NCBI GenBank assembly: GCA_038227875.1
Contig: JBBRPR010000114.1
Location: 1 to 12,412 of the forward strand
DNA from: Planctomycetota bacterium
Lineage (GTDB): Bacteria; Planctomycetota; SZUA-567; H5-PLA8
Reading direction: 5' to 3'
Length of the DNA stretch: 12,412 nucleotides
The notes below the pieces were generated by a model. That model worked only from the letters and a program-made list of their open reading frames with translations. It had not been told where the DNA came from and ran no database searches. Each line of letters opens with the position of its first letter. The stretch's first letter is position 1. Of this stretch, positions 1 through 8,400 are shown one piece after another. The translations under genes were made by a program, and so were the position numbers.

Positions 1-140
1 ACACCCTTGTGCTTCGAAAAAGACTGGCCGACGAATTTCGAACTCTATCTCGTCAGCCGCTGCTCTTGCGATCCTTCATCCAACATACCAAGCTTCCACT
101 GCTCCTTTAGGTAGTCTCTTTAGATGTGCGCGGGTCAATA
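1..140 (+). mobile_element. Right end of a probable IS630-family insertion sequence
   Basis: The transposase-like tail is followed within 30 bp by ...GTGCGCGGGTCAA-TA, with TA at 139-140. IS630 elements insert at and duplicate TA. The partner IR is not in the window. Confidence 0.55.
3..110 (+). CDS. 3' fragment of a probable IS630-family transposase (partial, runs off the left edge)
   Basis: Frame 3 is open from the edge to TAG at 108-110 and reads TLVLRKRLADEFRTLSRQPLLLRSFIQHTKLPLLL*. This resembles the amphipathic '..R.P.LLRSF..H..L' tail of one IS630 subgroup. It is absent from the ORF track. The DDE motifs would lie outside the window. Confidence 0.6.
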   Translation, partial: TLVLRKRLADEFRTLSRQPLLLRSFIQHTKLPLLL

Positions 141-225
141 GATACTCGAATTGCCTGTGCATCGTGTCCGTTCGAGCGTCTAATGTGAGCATCTCTGCTC
201 GGCTGCTTTGGCGGACCTTTCCTCT

Positions 226-3210
226 ATGGCCACACAAGTCTGTCCGGAATGTAACGCGTCATTCAGTGCCACGCGCAGCACCGGAACGGCCGTGCTCTGC
301 GCCAAATGTGCGGCGCGGACGCGCGGAACTTCGCCGTTGCCGACCAAGCGCAAGAAAATGCCGTCGCCGGACAGCACCAACTTTTCCGCCACCGTCGATC
401 TGCCGCCCGCGGGCGACGCCAATCTCATTGCCGAGATGCACGATCAGCCCACGATCGAATATGCGCCGGGTACGGAAATCGGAACTCCGCCGACCCACGT
501 CCTCCCGCCTCCCACGCGCGGAGGCACCACCCATAAATTACAGGCCACCGATGGCGCGGTTGGCCCGTCCGGCGGCCGGCAACTTGGGCCGTACGAGATT
601 ATTTCAGAGATCGGCCGAGGTGGCATGGGCCTCGTGCTCAAGGGCCGCGACGATGCCTTGAAGCGTGAAGTCGCGATCAAAACGCTGCTGCCTGACGCGC
701 GCAAAAATCCGACGCACGAATTGCGGTTCATTCAGGAAGCGCAGATCGCCGGGCAGCTCGAACATCCTGGCATCGCGCCGGTTCATTTGCTGAGCTGGGA
801 TGAACGCGGCAACGGGTTCTTCATCATGAAACTCGTGGCCGGCCAGACGCTGGAGCAGATTCTGGAGAAGTGGCACAAGAAGGACGGAAAGGAAGGGAAG
901 ATCCGCGTCGAGTATCCGTTGCCGCGGCTGGTTTCGATTTTTGAGCGCGTCTGCGAAACAATCGGCTTCGCACATTCGCACCGCGTGATTCACCGCGATC
1001 TCAAACCCGCGAACGTGATGATCGGCGAATTCGGCGAAGTCTGGGTGCTAGATTGGGGCCTGGCGAAAGTTCTCGGGCAGGCCGATGCGCGCGACGAACA
1101 GGTTGCGAAGCCGGACCGGCAACGCGGCTCCAAGAGTTCAACCCCGCCGGCCCCGGCGCAGTCGTCGAAGGTGCTAAGCAAACTGGAAAGCAACGTGACG
1201 CTCGACGGCACCGTCGTCGGCACGCCGGGTTACATGGCTCCCGAACAGACGGCCGGCGAAGTGATCGACGAAGGCGTGGATATTTTTGGACTTGGCGGCC
1301 TGCTCTACGAGATGCTCTGCGGGCAGGCGCCGTTCACCGGCAAGTCCATCAAGGAACTGCTGGTCAATTCCGCGCGCGGGGACGTGAAGCGCATTCCGCG
1401 AACCGTCCATGGCCGCACCGTACCGCGGGCACTGGCCGCGATTGCGTACAAGTGCCTGGAATTTGAGCGGCGCGATCGCTACGCCTCCACGGCGGATTTG
1501 CTGAAAGATCTGCGCGCGTATGCCGCAGGCGAACCGGTCAGCGCGCTGGAGGAGAATGCCGCCGAGCGCGTGAAGCGTTTCGCGCGCCGGCACGGTCGGG
1601 CGTTGGCGCTGGCCGGCTCCATTGTCGCGCTGGTGGTCGCGATCCTGATCGCCGCGGGGATCTCCGTCTGGCGCCAGGACCTGATCGTACGCGAAGAGCG
1701 TGAGAAGCGGCTGCAGGCCGAAGTGGACAAGAAAAATGCCGAGGCCGGGAGCATCGAAAAGGACCGCCAGGTGCGACAGGCGGAACTGGACCGCGAAGCG
1801 GAACGCGCGCAGCGCTTGCAGGCCGAACTGGACAGGCAGAAGGCGCTCAACGCCGGCGCGGAAAAAGCGCAGCGCCGCTTGAAAGCCTTCGAACCCTACA
1901 CGGAAGCAATGGACCTGCTGATGCGCGGCCAGTTGCCCGATCGTGCCGCGACGCTGTTGCGCAGTGCGCTCGAGACCGATCCGGAATTCGAAGAAGCGCA
2001 GTATGCGCTGGGGGAGGCCTTGCGCAACGGCGGCCTGCCGTTTGACGCCGGTGCGGCGTACCTTAAGGCCGATGCACTGAGCCGCAAGATTGGCGGGAAG
2101 CCCAATCTAAAGGCCCTCGTGTCCGCGGGATTTACCTATGATGGTGCCGGCTATTATACCGATGCAGAGGACGCGTTCGCCGCGGCGGACAAGGACGGCG
2201 CCAACGATCCGCTGGCGGTGGTTGGGCGCATTTTCCGCGCGGGACACACGCGCCGTTTCCGCGAGGCGCTGAAGCTGGCCGAGTCCGTACTGAAAAGCGC
2301 GCCGCATCTGTGGGAGACGCATTTCGCCTATGGTTACGTATTGCTGGAAGGCATCCAAGACGGCATGTTTCCCACCAATCCGACGCGCGATGCGGCGCTC
2401 ACCGAAATCCACAAAGCGCTGGAACTTTCACCCCGCCAGGCGGAAGTGATGAACTGGCTGGCGATCGGGCTGACTCGCAGCGGCAAGCACGAGGAAGCAT
2501 TGGTGTGGAGCGGCAAGGCCATCGCGCTCGAGCCTAAAAACGGCAACCGCTATTTTCAACGCTGGATGATTTTGCATGAAATAGGGCGGACGGAAGTTGC
2601 TGAGAAGGACTTCGCGGATGCAAAGAGATTGGGAATCAGTTCCAGCGAACAGTTGCTGTACGACGTGCTGGCGGCAAACAACGCCAATGATCCGGAACGT
2701 GCGTTTAAAATATTTGGTCAGTTGCTCAAGGAAACCCGAGATTGGCCGTCCTTTGTCTCCAACTGGGCAATCATCGGCCTGAGACTGGGCAAAGTCGATG
2801 AAGTGCGCCCGGTGCTCAAGCGCTGGAGTGAAGCCTATCCCGATTACTGGTGCGTGCGTTTGCTGCGCGCTGAGATCATGATGAAAACAGATCCTCCCGG
2901 CGCTTTACGGGAGATTGCGGAAGGACTGAAAAGCAATCCCTATCAGCCCATGCTCCTTTGCGTGAAAGCGGAGATCCTGATGGGCGGAGGCCGCATCAAG
3001 GACGCGCTCGACATCTGGGAAAAGGTGATTGAACTGAATCCCGCCGACATTCGATCCGTGGGCGAACGCGCACTCTGCCTCTTGGCCTTGAAGCGCAGCG
3101 ACGAAGCCGACGCGGCGATGGAAAAAATGAAGAAGGACTTCCCGAAAAATCCGAAGGACATCAAGAATTTCGAGGATCAGTATCTGGAGGCGAAGAAGCG
3201 CCTGAAGTAA
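226..3210 (+). CDS. Membrane-anchored Hanks-type Ser/Thr protein kinase with N-terminal Zn-ribbon, coiled coil and C-terminal TPR repeats
   Basis: Kinase motifs IGRGGMG, VAIK, HRDLKPANV, DWG (in the DFG position), GTPGYMAPEQ and DIFGLG are all present. Other features are CPEC-x15-CAKC at 241-309, a TM helix at about 1600-1671, a charged coiled coil, and TPR-like units (ALETDPEFEEAQYALG, ALELSPRQAE, AIALEPKN, VIELNPAD). I prefer ATG 226 over TTG 208 as the start. Confidence 0.95.
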   Translation: MATQVCPECNASFSATRSTGTAVLCAKCAARTRGTSPLPTKRKKMPSPDSTNFSATVDLPPAGDANLIAEMHDQPTIEYAPGTEIGTPPTHVLPPPTRGGTTHKLQATDGAVGPSGGRQLGPYEIISEIGRGGMGLVLKGRDDALKREVAIKTLLPDARKNPTHELRFIQEAQIAGQLEHPGIAPVHLLSWDERGNGFFIMKLVAGQTLEQILEKWHKKDGKEGKIRVEYPLPRLVSIFERVCETIGFAHSHRVIHRDLKPANVMIGEFGEVWVLDWGLAKVLGQADARDEQVAKPDRQRGSKSSTPPAPAQSSKVLSKLESNVTLDGTVVGTPGYMAPEQTAGEVIDEGVDIFGLGGLLYEMLCGQAPFTGKSIKELLVNSARGDVKRIPRTVHGRTVPRALAAIAYKCLEFERRDRYASTADLLKDLRAYAAGEPVSALEENAAERVKRFARRHGRALALAGSIVALVVAILIAAGISVWRQDLIVREEREKRLQAEVDKKNAEAGSIEKDRQVRQAELDREAERAQRLQAELDRQKALNAGAEKAQRRLKAFEPYTEAMDLLMRGQLPDRAATLLRSALETDPEFEEAQYALGEALRNGGLPFDAGAAYLKADALSRKIGGKPNLKALVSAGFTYDGAGYYTDAEDAFAAADKDGANDPLAVVGRIFRAGHTRRFREALKLAESVLKSAPHLWETHFAYGYVLLEGIQDGMFPTNPTRDAALTEIHKALELSPRQAEVMNWLAIGLTRSGKHEEALVWSGKAIALEPKNGNRYFQRWMILHEIGRTEVAEKDFADAKRLGISSSEQLLYDVLAANNANDPERAFKIFGQLLKETRDWPSFVSNWAIIGLRLGKVDEVRPVLKRWSEAYPDYWCVRLLRAEIMMKTDPPGALREIAEGLKSNPYQPMLLCVKAEILMGGGRIKDALDIWEKVIELNPADIRSVGERALCLLALKRSDEADAAMEKMKKDFPKNPKDIKNFEDQYLEAKKRLK

Positions 3211-3235
3211 CCTTATGGACAATTGTCCATAGGGT
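3210..3235. repeat. Near-perfect palindrome between convergent genes (possible terminator or protein-binding site)
   Basis: TATGGACAATTGTCCATA (3214-3231) is a perfect 18-bp palindrome. It extends to 3210-3235 with one mismatch. Confidence 0.8.
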
Positions 3236-3252
3236 CAAAATCCAGCACTCCT

Positions 3253-4077
3253 TCATTCGTCGTTCAACATTCCCTGAATGCGCTCGTACTCGGCTTCGCT
3301 CGACAAACTTTCCAGCGTGCCTGCGTCCTGAACGGGAACATCCTGCGTTCGCTTCAGTTGATTCAGCAGCCAGTCGTCGAAGTTCGTCTCGGGCGGCAGC
3401 GCGGTAATTTCGGAAATGATCGCGCGATCGAAGAGCACCGGATACGCGCGGATACCTTGATGGACAGCCTGCGCAAACGGACGGGCCTGATCGCGTTTGT
3501 CGGAGCTCTCCCGCGCGAAGGCTTCCACCAGTTGCGCCTGCAGTTCCGGGCGAATCAGCGGGCGCTCGGCGCGGAAGAGCATCACGCCGTCGCGCTCGAA
3601 TGAGCGGGCCAGGCCGCGCACCTTCACGTCAGCGTTCTTGCTGTGGCGACCCCAGTCCAGCGGAGCGTCGGCTTTGCCAGGCGTCGATTTTTTTCCGACC
3701 GGACGCGGAAAGTCGTTTTCTTCATCAGAGTCGTCGTCCGGTTCGTCCTTGAAGCGCGCGTTGGCAGCGGCCATCGCGCGTTCCCAGCGCGTGCGAAAGT
3801 CTTCAGCGAATGCCAGCGCCGGGCTCAACGCACCGACGCTGCCGGGTCGCGCCGACTTCGGCAACGCGACATGACGCACGGCGAAACCCGTCAGCGCTTC
3901 CTTCGCCTCTTCGGCGTGGCCTGAATCCGTGGCGACAATCGTTCCGCCAAACGGACCGCGCAAGACGACGCGAGCCACGCGTTCAAGCGCGGTTTCATTT
4001 CCAAGTGGAAGCAGGAAGGGAGGCAGTGTGTCGATAACGGGCGAAACTTTGTCGGCAAGGATAAGAGCGATGATCAT
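3253..4077 (-). CDS. MocA/MobA-like NTP-transferase-fold protein with degenerate active-site motifs
   Basis: It is colinear with the MocA/YgfJ family: IIALILA, LLPLGNETALERV, GVMLFRAERP, HQGIRAYPVLFDR, VPVQDAGTLESLSSEAEYERI. It also has a charged insertion of about 70 aa. Confidence 0.75.
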   Translation of the reverse strand: MIIALILADKVSPVIDTLPPFLLPLGNETALERVARVVLRGPFGGTIVATDSGHAEEAKEALTGFAVRHVALPKSARPGSVGALSPALAFAEDFRTRWERAMAAANARFKDEPDDDSDEENDFPRPVGKKSTPGKADAPLDWGRHSKNADVKVRGLARSFERDGVMLFRAERPLIRPELQAQLVEAFARESSDKRDQARPFAQAVHQGIRAYPVLFDRAIISEITALPPETNFDDWLLNQLKRTQDVPVQDAGTLESLSSEAEYERIQGMLNDE

Positions 4078-4092
4078 GAGCGGGGTACGCCA

Positions 4093-4155
4093 GAGTTTTT
4101 AGTTTTGAGCACCGGCACACGATAACTCAAAACTAAAAACTCAACACTGAAAACT
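4093..4155. repeat. 17-bp perfect inverted repeat built from tandem heptamers
   Basis: GAGTTTTTAGTTTTGAG (4093-4109) pairs with CTCAAAACTAAAAACTC (4126-4142) around a 16-nt loop. Heptamers ACTCAAA-ACTAAAA-ACTCAAC-ACTGAAA-ACT run from 4125. Confidence 0.9.
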
Positions 4156-4160
4156 TTCGC

Positions 4161-5102
4161 TTAGCGCGGCCCCTGGGCGAGAAACGCCATGGTCTTCTTC
4201 AGGTTCTCGTTGGTCAGCGCATCCTTCATGGCCTGCAGCCACGCCAGCTGTCCGTCGCGGTAGCGCAGCATGATGCGGCAGGCTTCGCAGATCTTCTCCG
4301 GCGAAGCGGTGTTGAGGTTGAAGTAGTCGCGCTTGGTGATCACGACGCGGTTGATGTACGACTGTTCGCTGCTGTCGATGTTGTCGGCAATCGCCTGTTC
4401 GACGTTGGACTGCCAGACGCGGTTCCAGCGGCGCGATTCGTTGCTCGGGTCCAGGCCGCGCTGCTTGCAGTAGGAATCGACGTACTTCGTGGCGTAGTTG
4501 TAAAGATTGTCGAGTGTCGGTTCGTCACTGATGATCTCGGGAGCGCTGGAGGCTTTGACCACCGCCGCCGCATGCGTGTCGGGCTTGTCGAGTCGCGCGG
4601 CTTCAGACGTGGGCTTGGCGGGAGTGGCTGGCGTGGTCTTTTCAACGGGCGCTGTCGGCGTGGCGGGAGTCACGGTCTTTTCCGTGGTCGCCAACTGTGG
4701 AACGGCAGGCTTGGCTGTGGTAGTCGTGGTGGCGAACGTCGACTTGTCCGTCTCCCTCTTATCCAGCACAGTGACCGTCGCGGCCGGCGGATTGACCGTG
4801 ATGTTCGGCGGAGCCTGCGGCGGCGTATTCACGGTCACCGTCGGAGCGGCCTGTTGTGGAACGTGCACGTCCACCCGCGGTGCGGTCGACGACACATTAA
4901 TATTGGGCGGTAACGCCTGCGGCACATTTATGTCGATTTTCGGGGGTGCCGCCTGAACTCGGAACTCAGTAGGGCGATCACTGGACTGAGTGATAAGGTG
5001 GCCGGCGTACATGGACCCCATGACAATCAACGTGGTCATGACAGGCAGGCCAAAGGCCATCACCAGAACATGGGTGTTGCGCTGCGCGACTTTTGGTTCC
5101 AT
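4161..5102 (-). CDS. Hypothetical single-pass membrane protein with Pro/Val beta-repeats, Thr/Pro/Ala linker and helical C-terminal domain (313 aa)
   Basis: Long ORF with GC-rich third codon positions. ATG at 5102 is preceded by GGAGGGGG (SD-like), so I prefer it over the TTG at 5159. The hydrophobic segment is VLVMAFGLPVMTTLIVMGSMYAG. Confidence 0.8.
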   Translation of the reverse strand: MEPKVAQRNTHVLVMAFGLPVMTTLIVMGSMYAGHLITQSSDRPTEFRVQAAPPKIDINVPQALPPNINVSSTAPRVDVHVPQQAAPTVTVNTPPQAPPNITVNPPAATVTVLDKRETDKSTFATTTTTAKPAVPQLATTEKTVTPATPTAPVEKTTPATPAKPTSEAARLDKPDTHAAAVVKASSAPEIISDEPTLDNLYNYATKYVDSYCKQRGLDPSNESRRWNRVWQSNVEQAIADNIDSSEQSYINRVVITKRDYFNLNTASPEKICEACRIMLRYRDGQLAWLQAMKDALTNENLKKTMAFLAQGPR

Positions 5103-5264
5103 GAGCTCCCCCTCCGCTGACGCCGAAGTGTGGAAACTGATATCGGTCCGGAAGGGCAAGAGGCTTTACTTCAAAATATAGCACGGCCATCAGGAAACGT
5201 TCGGTTCACTCGTGCAATTAATTACGGGGAGTAACCTTAGCGTTTTCGATGAGACACTGTTAAA

Positions 5265-5279
5265 TCAGAATTAGTGCCA
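5265..5279 (-). promoter_or_regulatory. Possible sigma-54 promoter for the 5102 gene
   Basis: The minus strand reads TGGCAC-TAATT-CTGA, against the consensus TGGCAC-N5-TTGC. The -24 box is perfect, but the -12 box has GA instead of GC. Confidence 0.25.
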
Positions 5280-5321
5280 CGGGTCGAACTTGAGGAAACA
5301 AGGCTGGGAGAAAAAGTTTCC

Positions 5322-5349
5322 TAGACAAAGTTTTTTTCTGTGTTATGCA
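5322..5349 (+). promoter_or_regulatory. Possible sigma-70 promoter for the surface protein gene
   Basis: TAGACA (5322-5327), a 16-nt spacer ending in TGT, then TATGCA (5344-5349). The -10 box lacks the conserved final T. Confidence 0.25.
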
Positions 5350-5444
5350 CGTGGTGTAATTGCCGAAAATTACGCGGAGCAAATGTTTGAGCTGGCGCTT
5401 CGTGCCATCCTCAGACACCCTGGAGCCAGCAAGGAGCGGTTGCC

Positions 5445-8400
5445 ATGCGCAAGCACGGTCTAAAAGCAATTGCGTTGACGATTCTTTTGGCGGTCGCCTT
5501 CTACTTTATTCGCGGCCAACGCCCACAACAACCCAACACACCTCGCGTCGCCGATTTGACTCCGGTTGCCGCTGCTAAGCCAGTCCAGTCTGTCGCTTTT
5601 GATTCGCGACCTTCTCCGGAGCAGCGCAAAGCTGCGCAGGACGCGGCGTATCACTTGCCCATGACCTTCGAATTGAACGCCGGCCAATCGATTCCTCAAA
5701 TTGCCTACCAAGCGCGGGGACATGGTTATGCGCTGTTTCTAGGTGAAGGCGCGGCGTTTTTGATGTTGAAGAATCATTCGAACATCGAAGGCAAGTCGGA
5801 AAACATGTTGAATCATGGTTTCGAATTTTCCGACATGCGCAAGCACGAAGGCACCTCGACGTTCTTGAAATTTAAATTCTGCAATGCCAATCTGAATGCG
5901 CAGATTCACGGCATCGACGAGACCATCGCAAAATCCAACTACTTCAAGGGACCTGAATCGAAGTGGGTGTCCAACGTTCCCAACTACGCTAAGGTCTGCT
6001 ACGACGATATTTATCCGGGCGTCGACATGGTTTACTACGGTTGCCAGACGGGCCTGGAATACGACTATGTAGTCAAGCCCGGTGCTGATGCGTCTGCCAT
6101 CGCCATGGAAATTGACAATGCCAAAAAACTGGAATTGACCCCGGCGGGCGATCTGCTGATCAAGGTGGATGGCGGCGAAGTCCGCAAATGCAAGCCTGTG
6201 GTGTATCAGGAATTTGGTGGTCGTCGGCACGAGGTCGAAGGCTCGTACGTGTTGCAGTCTCCCAATCGCATTGGATTCAAACTGGGTGCGTACGATCCCT
6301 CGAAGACGCTGGTGATCGATCCGTCAATCGTCTGGTCGTCGTATCTCGGTGACGATCCGACCGGCCAGGCCTTTAACAACTTTGGATTGGATATCGGAAA
6401 TGGCGTGGCGGTGGATTCAGCCGGCAACACGTATGTCTGCGGAGTGACGGACTCCTACGATTTTCCGCAGGTAGCATCTGTAGCTTACAAGACGCTGAAT
6501 GACTTCGTCACGCCTTCGAATTCGGGCAGCCTCACGGATTCCTTCATCTGCTGTTTCTCGCCCAATGGCTCCCAGTTGCTATTTTCGTCCTGGTTTGGCG
6601 GCAACGCGAGCGACGGCGCCATGGCAGTTAGTGTCGACGCGGCTGGCGCAATTTACTTTACGGGATACGCGGCAGACGGCGTGTTTCCCGCAAAGAATCC
6701 GCGCTTCGTCTACTCAGGTGTAACCGGAAAGACGGACGCGTTCGTGGTGAAACTTGCGCCGATGAGTGCCAGTGTTGTCTACTCCACTTTTATTGGAGGA
6801 AACAACGACGACGTGGGATTGGGTATTGCCTCCGATTCCCAGGGAAATGCATACGTGGTGGGTATGACACTCTCTCCGGATTTCCCAACCAAGGCCGCGC
6901 TGATTTCCGCAGCCACCAGTGGCACGGCCGGATTCCTCGCCAAGTTTTCCCCGGATGGTTCGAACTGCGTATTCTCGACCTACATCAATGGCACCAACGG
7001 TGCGGGCGCAGTGACGCGCTGTAATTCAGTGGCGTTGGATCCGTTCGGCAATGTGTATGTTGGCGGCTCCACCAACGGATTAAACCCGTTGTTGATCAAG
7101 AATGCTTTCCAGTCAAACTTCAAGGGTACGGCTGGAAACACGAATGGTTTTGTGCTGAAAACGGATGGTACCGGCGCGGTTGCCATCTTCGGCTCTTACT
7201 TGGGCGATTCGGGTCCTGACGGCATTAACGGCATTGGCGCAGACGGACTAAGCCGGGTCTTTGTCACCGGGTTTACGAGGTCAACGCAGTTTCCGCTGTT
7301 TGGGGCAAATCAGGGCGCACTCGCCGGAGTGCAGAACGCATTCTTTACCATCTTTGCCAACACGGGTCAAACCTTGGCTTACTCTACGTTTTTGGGTGGA
7401 AGTGCCTCGGACTTTGCTGAAGGAATCTCCGTGGATCCAGATGGTTATGCCTACATTATTGGCACAACAACATCTACCGACTTTCCCGTCAACTTGGCGC
7501 AACAACCCCCAATTCAGTCTTCCAATGCTGGTCTCTCGGATGTGTTCATCGCCAAATACAATCCTACGGGCGGTGAAATCTTCGCGACCTACCTTGGAAG
7601 CGACAACAACGACAAAGGCCATGGAATCGCCTCCGGCGTCAAAGGTTCCAGCTTCGAAGGCGACACCTACATCACGGGCGAAGTGGGTGGGCGGAACGGT
7701 ACGTTCGGCACTCTTGGAAGTTTCAGAAATGTTCCGGGCGCGACCAATCCCAGTTTCTTCCAAAGAATTTCAGTCCAAGGCACAGCCACGGCGGCGACAA
7801 GTACCATCGCCGGAATCACACCCAACACCACTGGACTCGGAGTGGGCTGGTTTTTGACGGCGAGCGGCGGCGGATTTCTTGCAGGTGATTCCATCGCCAC
7901 CATCACGCCACCCTTCAGCTTGACTATGAGCGCCAGTTCATCTTTGACCGGTCAAAGCTCCTACACCTTTCAAAATCCTGTAGCGACCCTTGCCCCGGAC
8001 GTCTTTGCTACGCACATCGGGGATCTCTCGCCACGTATCACCAGTCCCAACACCATCATTGCCGCGGTCGGAAAGGCCATTCCTCAATATACCATCACAG
8101 CCACCAACAGCCCCACGTCCTTCGGAACTGCCGGGCTTTCATTGGCGGGACTGGGACAGCCCAACGGTCCCACCAAAATTGATGGTACGCCCTTCACGCC
8201 AGGCGTCTTTCAAGTGCTGTTGACGGCTACAAATGCGGCTGGAACGGGAACGCTCTACCTGACAGTTGTTGTGAACGGATCCGCGCCGAGTATCAACAGC
8301 TCGTCTGTCGTGACCGTCGCACAGGGCGTGGGATTTTCGTACAACATCACTGCGTTGAACAATCCCACGAGCTTTAATGCCACCAACCTGCCGCCGGGCA

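Noticed and set aside
148..183. ECF-type promoter ending in CGTCTAA upstream of the kinase
   Set aside because: There is no -35 element at a suitable spacing.
208..225. TTG start at 208 for the kinase
   Set aside because: ATG 226 sits directly before the Zn-ribbon and neither start has an SD, so ATG is more parsimonious.
164..3222. Many short ORFs overlapping the kinase on both strands
   Set aside because: They are Arg/Pro/Ser-rich alternative-frame translations of a well-supported gene.
4093..4155. Possible mini-CRISPR array
   Set aside because: These are tandem 7-mers with no spacers, and there are no cas genes.
5103..5159. N-terminal extension of the 332-aa ORF
   Set aside because: The TTG start has no clear RBS, whereas ATG 5102 has a strong SD.
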